A stretch of 64,000 bases of DNA from Dicyema japonicum (Eukaryota > Animalia > Dicyemida). The translations under genes were made by a program, and so were the position numbers. Shown here piece by piece: positions 36,900 through 48,917 of the stretch. Each line of letters begins with the position of its first letter. Position 1 is the first letter of the stretch. Below the pieces are notes generated by a model. The model was given only the letters and a program-made list of their open reading frames with translations, did not search any database and had not been told where the DNA came from. The stretch spans positions 429,155-493,154 of the forward strand of contig RDEW01000038.1 in the NCBI GenBank assembly GCA_011109175.1. The letters are read 5' to 3'.

Positions 36900-39800
36900 C
36901 TTTCGATTCGTGGCGTTAAAACTCTCTCGAGTTGGTATAAATGTTGAAAGGAAAAAAGGAGAAGGGTCACTTGCGTTACCTGATGGTATGAATATAATTT
37001 TTAACATATCCGAGAGCGTTGTGGCAGCTGACCCAAAAGAATGGGCGAGGCAGGTAGTCCTGCTGGTACGTAGCCGAATACCCTGGAATGGTGGCCATAC
37101 TCGGCGGAGCTCTGCAGTGGCAGATTCAGTACTGCTATATCTGTGAGTGAACTCAGGAAAATGGCTGTAGGCAAAGAGGGCACTGGTCTAAAGGGGCGGG
37201 GACCAGATAACCACAACTGTCAAAGAGAGCACGAGCACCAGAGTTGTGATACGTTGCAGCTCAAGCATGTTTATGAGGTCTTTGCGTGGAATCTTGTTGC
37301 AGCTGCAGATGTCCTACTTGAGGACCGTAGATTTACCCGAAAGATCTCTCATTGTAAGGTTAACGGAGTAGTTTAACCTGTATCAATAAAGCTGTGGCTT
37401 ATGCGATGGAGGCTAAGCCAGTAGGGTCACTTGGTGACATCTCCCTAGTACTGTATGCAGTGAAGATCACCTATGAGGAAATGACGGACAAGCTCAGACC
37501 ACCCAGTAAATGGAGGGAGCAGATCTGTGCCAAGATTGCTTTGAGACAGACTGAGCTGGAAGCACTGAAGGAGCACATAAGTAGTGTGGCGAGAGGGGTT
37601 TAAAAAAATCACCACCTATAGTAAAGGGGTTGCTTAGTAAACTCCGTGTTCCCAAATGGGGTCTCAAAGAGTTGAGGAGGGCAAAGGTGGAGTTAGAGGG
37701 GGCAATAATGGTGTATAAGAGGAAATTTTATACACATGAAAGTCGGTGTAAGAGAAGGAGAGAATATAATCTGTTTGAGTTTAATCGCAGATTGTTTTAC
37801 CGTCGCCTACACGAAAATGGCCATAGTGCATGTTCCCAGAGGACGCGGAAATGTTTTCCACATGGGGTTGTATGAGGCTAAACGACACAGAGGAAATGCA
37901 ATGTCCCGTACAGCGCCGCTCCTTTCTTGGCGGAATCTTGCGGAATTTTCGATTTTCGCAAGAAATTTGAGGCGGTAGTGAGACATCTCCCTGATTGGAA
38001 ACGACCGGGGTCGATAAAGTTTATAATTTCTTTATCAAAAGATGCACTTCATTACACGAGTCTATGTGTCGTGTATTACAGAAAAGCATCACTAACCCGG
38101 AAACGATTCCTGATTGGGCATGCACAGGGACAACTTATTTGATCCCAAAGCTGGACAACCCCCAGTCTGCTGCAGATTATCGACCGATAACCTGCATGCC
38201 AACCCTGTATAAGCTGATGACCAAATTGGTGGCTAATGAGGTCAGGAGCTTTGTAGACGCAAATGGGATTCTCTCCGAGAATCAGTTGGGAACTGTGCGA
38301 AATTGTCAGGGGGCAAAAGAGCAGGCTTTGATCAACAAATGCCTTTCTGTGTCTCACGGAAACTCACTTTTGTCTATGTGGGTGGATGTGAAGAGAAGTT
38401 GATCATTACCTTGTCGAGTGCCTACACAGTCTGTGTATGCCTGTGTGGTTCATCAGCTTTGTAGTGGCTGTGATGAATAGGTGGAGTATTCATCTGAACT
38501 ATAATAGGCACCGGATAGGCGAGGTAAAACTCAAGAGGGGGATCCTTCAGGGATAGCATGTCTCCGCTACTCTGTTCTTTTTTTAGACCCATTGAGTCGC
38601 CGCCTCAATGACCGGTTTGAGCAAATACCAGTTCATTGTGAAGGGGTTGTTTCAGTACAAATCACCTTCTTTTTATCGATGACCTGAAGATGTATGCTCG
38701 AACAGCCGAGGAGCTCTACTCCATGGGGGTCTGTGCCAGGGAATTCTTTGAGAGTATAGGCTAGACTTGAATTATTCAAAGTCTGCGACTAACACGCAAG
38801 TATATGTAGCGAGTTAGTAAGAGTCCTAGAGGAACACGAAGGATATAAGTATCTGGGTGTTACCGAACTCCAAAGTCCCTTATAATGCCTGAGACAAAGC
38901 GACAAATTACTGAAGGCATCCGTAAAAGAGCAGCGTTATTGTGTAAGACGTCTCTAAATGCAAGGAATTTGTTCCTAGCATTAAATGAGTATGCTGTCTC
39001 GCTGCTAAACTACTACATAGGTGTTGTGGAGTTTGAGCCCAAAGAGTATGATGAGATGGATGTTATGATCCGTGGAGTACTCAGAGAGAACCATGTCCAT
39101 GTGCTGGCAGCCAATAAGGAGAGACTATATTTACCCCGTGATAAATTCGGCCGTGGACTGTGTGGAGTAGTCCAACTAAGTGAGCGTATCCTAATGCGAA
39201 TGCACGACACCCTGATAGCCGGGTCAAGTGTGTCTGCTAGGAAGCACGCCATAATAGCGACCGAGAAAACAAGGGAAACCCACCTAGGCACTATCAGACC
39301 TTTATTGTCTGCCAAATATGGTGTTGATGATGGTGGGCTAGTAAATGTGAAGGCGTTGATCGAATTACAATATAATAATTTGATGGAAAAGATCAACTTA
39401 AAAAGCCTTCATAAGGTCCTCTTCAGAGCATTGGACAACCCACATGTCGACCTTAAGTCGTCGACAATATGGCTAAAATACGGTGACAACTCACCTCCAT
39501 CGGAGGCGTTGTACACGTATATGCAAGACCGCAATATTTTTTGGGGTCGATCAACAAATACATGTCCCCACTGTAAGTCAAGGAGCATGTCGGTTGATCA
39601 TTTAGCCACTCGATGTGGATCCATGTTCTGCCACGAGTATGTGTGGAGGAATAACGAGGTAGTAAGGAGTCTTCATCTTATACTATGCAATAAGTATGGT
39701 ATTCGCCACACCAGAAAGTTGCGGATTCATAAGGTGCAATCTGTAGTAGAGAACATTAGGGTCCAAATTTAGGTAGACAGTGTTATCCGTACCTCGGTGC

Positions 39801-40290
39801 TAGTCAAGCACAATTAACCGGACATTGTGGTACATGATAAGGAGTCTGGCCAAGTCCTTATCATAGAGGTTGGCATCACGTCTCAAGACCGTTTGCAGAC
39901 TGTGGAGGTGGAGAAAAAAAGGATGTATGACTTGCTTGCAAACGAGATGGAGCAGATGCTTGGTTGTAAGTCCTCGTTATTCCAATAGTAATGTGGGAAG
40001 AATTGTAACAAAGTACCACAAGGGTTATCTGAAGCAGTTGGGGGTAGAGGAAGCTCCAGGCCTATCTACAGTCCACTGTATTAAAGCGGACCCTAGAGAG
40101 CTTGACACTGGAGTATAGGAGGCAGAGCCCGGAGATGCCATATGGGCAGAAGGTTCAATAAGACAAGGCGCTCTCGGAGTCGTTTCAGCAACCAGAATCG
40201 AACCTGCCTGAGGAGGCTGGTAAACAGGCAGGCGAGGATGGTTGTTGATTATTAAGTATTTTAAGTATTAACTTTTTATTGTTGGTTAAA
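36900..40290 (+). mobile_element. Near full-length R4/Dong-like non-LTR retrotransposon (RT + CCHC + RLE), frameshifted
   Basis: GTTYLIPK...DYRPITCMPTLYKL...ENQLG...QGAKEQAL; FIDDLK; GYKYLG; RLYLPRDKFGRGL; CPHCKSRSMSVDHLATRC; PDIVVHDK...IIEVGIT. Confidence 0.85.
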
Positions 40291-41463
40291 TAAAGTTCAG
40301 TGTTATTTTAAAAATTTAACTTTCTACTAAAAAATGATTCCGTGATAAACCACAGGAAAAGGACTGGTATGGACACCGGGATCACATAATTAGACAATAA
40401 CTTTTATCCTCTTTCTTTTGGAGAGGTCGGAATCGGTTATTGGTATTGTTTTTTATTTAAAAAATAAACCTTGTGTGCCAATTTACGTGTTTTCTAACCA
40501 ATTTTAGAATTCTAACGAACTTTAATAAGGATTACTTATTGTTTGATTCGTGAGAAGGATTGGATGTAGGCTAACTCATATTCTAGGATAACATTGGTCT
40601 ATTCAAGTGAAGGAAACTAACACAAGAGAAATTAGCAAAAGCGGACGCACCAGGAAAACCGTCAGGTGAATCTGGTATGGTGCTGAATTCGAAGGAAGAC
40701 CAAAACGGAAGAAGAGGTGACCTGGCAATCTTGGAAGAAAGGCAATACCGACGAATCCGATTTTTGTTCATATAGTCTTTTGAATCATATTGTGACTAAC
40801 TTCTTGAGGGTAGAAAAGCTTCGATCTTCCAAGGTTTTCGTAGAAGACTGTGGATGAATTCTTTGACGTTGTACATTTATCAAGGAAAATTAGGTCATGT
40901 AGGAGGAAGTTATTTCAGATAAAATTTATATTTAGGTCAAAATTTTAGACAACAGACCAAGACTTTCTCCCTTACAAGCAACTTAAATTATTTTACTTTG
41001 TAGTGGCTACTAGACAACCGCCAAACTACAATTCTCAGGATTATTTTTATTTTATCTACATAACGCTGGGAAAAAACGAGAAATAAGATAATAGTAACCA
41101 TACTAATCTCAACTCCCTTATCGTCCTTACCACTTTCATTTTGTCCTCGTGTGCCTACACATGCTCATGTGTCTGTTGGGGAAAATTTCTGAAAATACAA
41201 GCCATTTTCCGATCGGACAAGGACAAACATAGCGGATTACCTGGTTCCTTATTAAACCTAAGGAATCCGCAGTAATTCTTTCGTATCGATGACTCCGAGA
41301 GATAAGTTTCCAGATTTATTTCAAATCAATAATTTTAAAATTGATAAATAATATATGTTAAAATTATTCAAAAATAATTCTAAATAAAATATAGGATACC
41401 TATTAATTCAGTTTATAATGAAAATATTTCATTTGCTTGTCTAAAATCTTATTGGTAAGTCAA

Positions 41464-42586
41464 ATGTCACTCCCAAGAAGTAAATCTCTATTCTTTCGTA
41501 CAAATTCCACTGAGAACACTTCCTTGCTAGAGAAAGGATTTCGCTGGTTCAAGAACAAAAATGAAAGTAGACAGAACAAGCGAGTTTCTGAAAACAGAAT
41601 GAAAATCCTCGTGACTGGTCTCCCTCTATCAGGGAAAACAAGTTTACTGAACCAACTAAAGGCTCAAACATTTTTTGGGTTCAACGGTGAAACCTACGAA
41701 GCTGCAATAACTGCAATCGAGAACCTCATCATCGAAACCATGGACTTGTTAATAAAGATTTTGTTGGAGGAAAATTTTCAAGATTATATACCTCATTTCT
41801 ACGGACTGTTGAATGATTTTCAGACCAGGAGAAAGAGCTATGGTACCCTCTCTATGCTAAAAACTATCATAAACCAGATTATGCTATATCCAATGTCAGA
41901 AACTGCCATTACAAGGCATTACTTTGAATTTGTATTCATTTCTGTCATTTTCAGCCTCAGAATTTTCGTTATTTCTTGGACAGATTAAATTGGATCGCAA
42001 ATGAGGTTAATTTGTGGTGACAGTTTAGGACTATTATCCCTCTTCCGAAGACATTATCCGTGCTTTGATTCCCTCAGAGGAGGTTGAGGAGACCTTCTTG
42101 GAAGTTCATAAGAATCTGTACATTATCACGGTCATGAGTGGGGCTCGACTGTTGAAATCCACCAAATCAATTGATTATTTTTATGATTCTACTGCGATCA
42201 TGTTCATGGTGAACTTGGATCGGTTCGAAATTGATCTAAAAACGGTCTTTGAAGTTTTCAATGAAATAACCCACGTGCAATATTTAGAGAAATCCTCCTT
42301 CATTATCTTTCTTAATAAAAGCCGGGATTTCAGGAAGAAACTAACGTCCGTTTACTTTGCCGATAGTTTCCCCGATTTTAACAACTTTGATGCTAAGACT
42401 GAGTTATCGATGGAAAGGAGAATTGAGAGATACGTCGAAGCCCGTCTGATTCAGTCATTTTTGAAATTTCAGGTTCATTTTATGTATATATGCGATGTTG
42501 TTGGATCGTTTTCTACCAAACATTTCCATAAATCAGTAAAGCTGTTGATTTTGAAATACAATCTGAACATGTACTACTTTCTGTAA
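41464..42586 (+). CDS. Highly divergent heterotrimeric G-protein alpha-like protein (probable pseudo-GTPase); 2 introns of 23 nt
   Basis: Exons 41464-41931, 41955-42005 and 42029-42586 form an uninterrupted frame. Motifs: KILVTGLPLSGKTS (G1); YFLDRLNWIANEDYYPSSEDIIRA; YFYDSTAIMFMVNL; FIIFLNKS; ADSFPDF; C-terminal ILKYNLNMYYFL. All are colinear with G-alpha-i/q. Start codon is the best guess. Confidence 0.8.
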
Positions 42587-43409
42587 GTCGCGATGCTCTA
42601 ATAACTCTAATTTTTACAAATTTAATAGATTTACTTTCTTGTGATATAATGAAAGTGTAGTGAATCTTTCTGTCACCCGTTCTTGGACAAGGTCGCTTGA
42701 GTTTATTGAGATTTGCATATTTTTTGACATTTAATGGGCAAAGTAAAGGGATATGACAGACTCTGCCTTTCTATCCAATATCGAAAGATCTCTTAGAAGA
42801 GAATTGAACCTCGCGAAATACTTTGATTGAGACAGAGGCTCGTAATGGAGGTGATCAGAGGAAACACTCACAAAATCTTGGCCTCTTAGTAAAATGACTT
42901 TAGTTGTTTTTAATTTAAAATTTAATTTTGAAGCCAAAAACGAACTCGACTTTTAATGAAGCGCGATCGTTCTCGTTTTCTCACTAAACACTGTTCATAA
43001 ATTCCGCATGTTTTATAAGATTTTTAGTCTTTAGTTTAGAATTCAAGGGGTTTCAAGACCCAATCTTTTGGTTTTAAAAGACGCTCTTATATTTTAGTTC
43101 CTTCTTCGCTTTTTAACCATCTTTGAGAGCCATTATTCAGGATTGGCTCCGTTTTCGCTTTATCATGAATGTTTTTGGATTCACATGAAAGCGAATAAGA
43201 AACAGTATTGAACACAATTTATTGAGATTTTAGTCAATTATTTAAATCGTGATAAACCTTGATGACTAAAGGACAGATTAATTTTCTCCCGTCTTGCCCA
43301 ACCTTCTGTGTGTTCTAAACACGGGATTAACCTGTTAGATCTCTGGGAACGCCCGTCATTGTTACTTGCGTTTTGTTAGTCATCGGTTTCCTTCACTTGA
43401 ATGTAAAAT

Positions 43410-43640
43410 AATAGCAAAACAGCGCAGTGTAATAAGTTCAGAGTCCGAGTTCGAATCTCAGTGCTTTCTATTCCGGTTGTAGGTTCCACGTATCTACAAT
43501 GCTTCTGAATTGAAGAGCGACGCCGAATCAGTGATTCACAAGCCCGGATTGTCTCAAGTACTAGCACGTGAGAAAAAAGAAAAGAATAAAAACACCTTGG
43601 ATTTTGAATTAATTAGCATGAATGTTCTTAAATAAAGTGA
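43410..43640 (+). mobile_element. tRNA-derived SINE, diverged copy
   Basis: AGCGCAGTG (A-box-like), GAGTTCGAATC (B box), core GGTTCCACGTATCTACAATGC...GACGCCGAATCAGTG...CGGATTGTCT, AATAAA. Confidence 0.55.
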
Positions 43641-43699
43641 GTTCTCCCTAAGATGAGGTTTATTTATTCCGGGTCTTTTTGAATGAAAGAAACTGTCGA

Positions 43700-44700
43700 C
43701 TAACAAAAACGATTCACAGACAAGAGCGGACGTTTCCATATATACAAGTTGATTTGGTTCCAAATATGTAGAAATCGATTCCAAGAATACAAAATTTTAA
43801 AGACTTTGTCTCTATTATGGATTGTTCGAACATGCCACAAACCACTGAAGATTGCAAACCAAAAATGCATCAATGTTTTCAAAATTATGCTCGTCTGGGA
43901 AATCCAACGTCACCCTACTGGACTTTCCTTGGAGACAGTATTTGACAAAGCTATCAGTCGAGGGAAGCAGGATTTCCAATCCCAGATGATGTCTCGAATC
44001 AGAACAAATGGGACGCAATTGATAGCCTAAAGAAAGAGTCGAACCAACACCAGCTTGCCTGTTGGTTATCTGCTGCACAACATGGAAGTGGTGCATGGCT
44101 CCATGCTTTTCCATGCGCTTCTCTCAAAACTCTTATGGACGACGACTTTGTGACAATTGGACTAGCAGAATGATTGGAACTTGACGTCTGCCAGAAACAC
44201 AGATACTGTTGTGGAGGAACATTTGACACCAAAAGACTACATCTTTTGTCTTGCAAAAGGAGTACAAATCGCCCACCTTGTCGCGCCGCATTAAATAATG
44301 TTATTTTGCGAACCCTCGAGGCAGCAGGCTTCACGACTAGATCGTGGAGATGGCAAAAAGCCATACGGAATGATGCTTTTCCCATATTCACACGGAAAAT
44401 CATTTGTCTGGGATGTAACCTGTGTGGATACCTTCTCCGCTTCACTCCTTCCAAGAAACCTGGATATCAAGCCAACACAGCGGAATCAGCCAAGATCCAG
44501 AAGCACTCGGCGATTGGAGACCGATTCACACCAGTAGCCATAGAAACGTAGGGAGCTTGTAGGATCCCTCACTGCGGCTTTGTTGAAAGAGATTGGAAGG
44601 AAACTAGAGAGCCGAAAAAACCCCACGAATCGTTCCGGCTAAGGCAACGAGTCGGGATTGCAATATTACGCAATTCTATCTGCAAAGGCGTAATTATTTA
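43700..44700 (+). mobile_element. CRE-like non-LTR retrotransposon 3' region, older diverged copy
   Basis: GSGAWLHAFP, C-C-GGTFD...[16 protein letters not shown]...WDVTCVDT, FTPVAIET. Confidence 0.7.
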
Positions 44701-44713
44701 AATTTTTTAAACA

Positions 44714-45075
44714 CCGATGCCGATGCGGGAAAACAGTCGATGCGAAGGGTTTGCACCCGCTGTCCTGCAGAAGAAGCGCCGGAAGAGGATCACGTCACGC
44801 TGCTCTGAACGATGTGATCGTCAAAGTTCTGAAGGCTACTGGCTTCCCAGCAAAGCTTAAACCAGTGGGTCTCGATCGAGGAGATGGAAAGAAACCTGAC
44901 GGGATGACCCTTTTCACTTTCACATCCGGATGATCTTTGGTCTGGGACGCAACTTGTGTTGACATATTCTCAAGCACGAATCTTTTCAAATCAGTTCAGA
45001 CACCTGGAGCAGCTACTTCGACCGCGGAAAATTCAAAAATTAAAAAATATTCCTGCCTCGAGGACCGCTACCGAT
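44714..45075 (+). mobile_element. CRE-like non-LTR retrotransposon fragment, directly behind the previous copy
   Basis: [17 protein letters not shown]...HAALNDVI...[12 protein letters not shown]...WDATCVD. Confidence 0.8.
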
Positions 45076-45179
45076 TACTATTTTTATATTCGGAATTTTC
45101 TCAGGATTTGAAAAATCTTATACTCAATGTGTCACTGTGGGAGCACTATTACACTATGGAATACTAACTCAGTTTTTCT

Positions 45180-46280
45180 GGATGCTTTCCCAGACTATAA
45201 TTCATTATATAAAATTCATCAAAGTTATTGGCATGAACATGGATAATCTGATTTTAAAGATTCTTCTAATTAACTGGGGTTAAGTTTTTGTTAATTTTTA
45301 GGAATCTGCTTCCTATCATTTCATAAAGAACATTCTTATAACATGATTTGAATGAGTTTATGATCCCCATATCTAAAGGTTGAAGAAGTGCTGTTATGTT
45401 TTTAGGAAGTTTAAGAAATGATAAGTTTGAATATTCCTGACATTTGTGACAACGTGCATTATCCATAATAATCAAAATTTTCCTGTTTTTTTGAACCATT
45501 TCGAAGTTTATTCTTTGTAGCCATGTATCAAAAATATCCATCGTCATCCATGCATTTTTGAAGCTGTATATTAACCCAACACAATATACCCCATAATCTT
45601 CTGTATTTATGTTTTTTAAGTATCTTGGGGATTTGAATTTCCCGATAACAAGAGGTTTTAATTTTTCTCCTTCACGGCTGCAGCATAAAAGAACTGAAAC
45701 TCGTTCTTTACTTTTCGTTTTACCGAAACAATCATCATTTGAATAGACAAATGATCTACATGAATTTTTTTAATAAAAAGAGAAGTTTCGTCGCAGTTAA
45801 AAATATCTTTTTTATCGTATTCCTCAAATAAACTGTCGTAATTGTTAAAAAACTCTTTAAGTTTTTTTTGTCGGATGAGTTTTTTTCACCCGAAATTACT
45901 TTGAATAGTAATTTCGCTTTTTAAATCGATCAAGCCATCCATTTGATGCATTGAAATCATTAAACTGAAATTTGGCAGCAATCTTTTTTGCAATATTTTT
46001 GAGGAGACATCCAGATACTGAAATCCCATCCTTTCTCAAATTGTTGAAGACTTCGAATACTAGTCGATCAATTTGAATAGAAAGGTCGGATTCAAACTTC
46101 TTGCATGAAACTTCCTTAAAAAATACTTTTTTGTTTAACGAAATATTTTCTTTTCCAATTTCTTTTTTAATTCGAGAAACAGTTCCTTTTCCAATCTTGT
46201 ATAATCGAAAAATTTTTCTTTCTGACATATTTTGATTTATTAAAGAATCGAATGTTGTTTCAAATGACGACTAAGCATCG
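45180..46280 (-). mobile_element. pogo/Tigger-family transposase (CENP-B HTH + DDE_1), disrupted
   Basis: ISVSGCLLKNIAKKIA...FNASNGWLDRFKKRN; FNCDET; LIIMDNARCH; LPKNITALLQPLDMGIINSFK. Confidence 0.85.
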
Positions 46281-46467
46281 CAGGCATGCTGACAATTATT
46301 TGAAAATTAATAAATTAAAGATAAAATTAAATAATAGATTTTTAAATTTTCTATAGAGAAAGTGCCCCTAAAAGCGGGGTTTTTATTTTGAATTTATTGA
46401 ACAAAAAATGTGAAAAAATGTAAAAGATCATTTATAATTATATTTATTTAAAAAATCGCCCCAAATA

Positions 46468-46518
46468 CAGAGGGTGCCCCAGGGCCGGGGTTTGGTTGGG
46501 GGGGGGGGGTTCCTACTG
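46468..46518. mobile_element. Possible 51-bp micro-MITE with TA flanks and G-quadruplex core
   Basis: TA|CAGAGGGTGCCCC...GGGGTTCCTACTG|TA, containing GGG-N7-GGG-N2-GGGG-N7-G12. Confidence 0.3.
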
Positions 46519-46559
46519 TATTAGGTAAAATAAAAATTGATGTAAGTTTAGTCTACATA

Positions 46560-47290
46560 ATATAGACAAACGCAAAATATTACGGTAAAACTTACAAGTA
46601 GTTTTAAAATAACTAATAAATATGTCAAAGCAAATAAAAAATATTTCAGTTGTGCTTGAAAATATGATAGAGGCCACTGGAACAGTGCCTCTGCGAAGGA
46701 CTCGGGTATGCTGACTACGTGCATATCGAAAATGAGCATGAACGCAGTCGGAACATCGAGAGTAGATGCGAAGACTGTTAAGGGAGGCCATAATAAGAAT
46801 TTTGTTAATTTTGGTTATGACGGCCAAACCAAAAAGTTGGATGAGCAATTTAAATAATCTGTTCTTATTTCACAAGTAGGTTAGTTAATATAATCAAAAT
46901 ACATCATAAAACAAAATCGCAAGTCACTAATCGGTTTAATTTTTGAATGGCAGATTTTGTTTTGTCACCAAAACTCACTTTCTAGCCAAATATGAATTTT
47001 TTGATTAGATTGATTTAAAATTGTGAACATTGACATATATATTTGAACAAAGTACTTTAAAATTGGCATGTAAGTACTTTTCTTATAGACTTATTATTTT
47101 TTATAATTGAAGAGAGTTAAGAAAACCCCAAAAATCATGACAGTACAAGAGTTTGAAGTAAGTCTGAAAGGTTAATATGTGACTCCATTTGTTCGCTGAT
47201 GACTCTTAATACATGCCATTTATTCTGAGTATTCAAAAGATCTAATATTTCTCAACGCTTCTTTTATCTTCGTATCGAATAGTTTAGATT
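46560..47290 (-). pseudogene. Decayed multi-copy gene family, chimeric copy (middle part fused to the 5' part of the next unit)
   Basis: Minus strand runs GTATTAAGAGTCATC...GTCAATGTTCACAA...TTGGTTTGG directly into CCGTCATAACCAAAA...SLRIYSRCSDCVHAHFRY. Confidence 0.55.
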
Positions 47291-47299
47291 TTTGAGAGT

Positions 47300-47950
47300 T
47301 CCAAATCATTTTTCTAGGCAAAGTGAATTCAGAAAACATAAAAATGATTGGAGTTGTTTTCCCCATAATTTCGGGACTTTTATTTTCATTAATTTAGATC
47401 CCCAGAACTGTGAAAGGTTTTCATTCTTGAAATTGATTTTGAGTTCTTATTCATTTTAATTCAATTAATTATTCTTGAAATTCTTCGTCGCAATCATGTG
47501 GAAGTGGTACAAAAGAATCAATCATCCAATCTGAAATTTTAAATTTATCAAGTCGAAAATTTTTTTTCAAATCTCGGGCTAAAAGATTTTAAGTAAAATT
47601 GGTCAATTTTTGAATTCTTGTCATCTGAAGTATCGTCATAAAAATTTTGAGGTCCATATTTTGTTTACTCAAACTAAATTGAATAAAATAAACTTTTTCA
47701 ATGATCGTATTAATAATTCTTTTGCAATCATTGAAAAAAATATAATCCACTTGTATGAAACTTTATTCTTTATTTAAAAATCAAATTCAAATAAAAATCC
47801 AGTACGTTTGAATAATCTTTTTGTAAAATTTCATGAATAAATCTAAACACGTGAGAATAACTCTTTGCTATGGTGGGAATTACCTTCAAATTAAAATATT
47901 AAAATTAACAGTTCTTGCAATTATTTCTGCAACTTTGTATATATAAAATA
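47300..47950 (-). mobile_element. hAT (Charlie/Buster-like) transposase C-terminal remnant
   Basis: WMIDSF...DEEFQE*LIELK...LSQFWG resembles the hAT dimerisation region WI-NPF...QEELIEL...L-FW. Confidence 0.5.
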
Positions 47951-47988
47951 GTCCAGAAACATTTTGAAATACACTTTTATTAATAGTC

Positions 47989-48475
47989 CTGCTCTGAATG
48001 ATGTGATCGTCAGAGCTCTGAAAGCTTCAGGCTTCCCAGCAACAGCTTGAACCAGTGGGTCTTGATCGAGGAGACGGGATGACCCTTTTCCCCTTCACGT
48101 CTGGAAGATCTTTGGTCTGGGACGCAACTTGCATAGACACGTTCTCAAGCACGAACATTTTTAAATCTGTTCAGACACCTGGAGCAGCTGCTTCGACCGC
48201 GGAAAACCTAAAAATCAAGAAATATTCTTGCCTCGGGGATCGCTACCGATTTACTCCTGTTGCGACCGAATCATCGGGAGCCGTTGGTCCAATGACGGCT
48301 GAATTCTTGCAAGAACTCGGAGGATTGCTTGCCAGAAAGAAAAGGGATCAACGAGAAGGGCTATGGCTAAGACAAAAGATCGGAATAGCCATACTCCGAG
48401 GGAACTCGTTCGCAATCCACGCAGCAGGCTTCCTCAACTGATATTTGTTTAATTGTTAAAAAAAAAAAAAAAACT
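47989..48475 (+). mobile_element. CRE-like non-LTR retrotransposon, 5'-truncated, with poly(A)
   Basis: Open RLE-region frame to the stop at 48441 (WDATCIDT...FTPVATESSG...LRQKIGIAILRGN), short 3' UTR and poly(A) at 48458-48473. Confidence 0.85.
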
Positions 48476-48917
48476 TTTATTAAAAAGAGAAGTGAAAGTA
48501 TTTTTATTTCATAATTCATTTTTAATTAAAAAAATTTCTGTTTTTTTCCAAGTGAGATGGGATGTCTACGCTTTAAATTTTCGATTAAGCGCGATGGTTT
48601 TATTGCCTCATTGGAAAACACTGCCCACATTCTAAACTAAGCAGTTTATACGGATCCTGAGGATTTTTAATAAGTTCAAAAGAAATATATTCCTCTTTAT
48701 AGGTTCTAACTTTTTTTGAACAAACCTGATCACGAAATACAAGAAATCAAGCTAATAATTTTAAATGAAATATAATATAAATGTTATAGTTTTAATATAA
48801 TATAAATTATATAAGACTCGTTTATTTTTTCCGTATTTAAATTTTCATATGACAATGAGCTTCACGATGATCTTCCCCAGATTAGAAAAATCGCCCAAAA
48901 GTGGCGATTCGCCCCTC

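Noticed and set aside
41455-41477. 23-nt GTAAGT...AG intron at the G-alpha-like 5' end
   Set aside because: Splicing it creates TGA in the downstream frame and removes the only nearby in-frame ATG; no upstream start was found.
42731-42937. 68-aa minus-strand ORF convergent with the G-alpha-like gene
   Set aside because: TTG start, no recognisable family, and no convincing upstream exon.
43999-44454. 151-aa minus-strand ORF, and similar minus-strand ORFs at 44795, 49111 and 49364
   Set aside because: Antisense frames of GC-richer CRE-like sequence.
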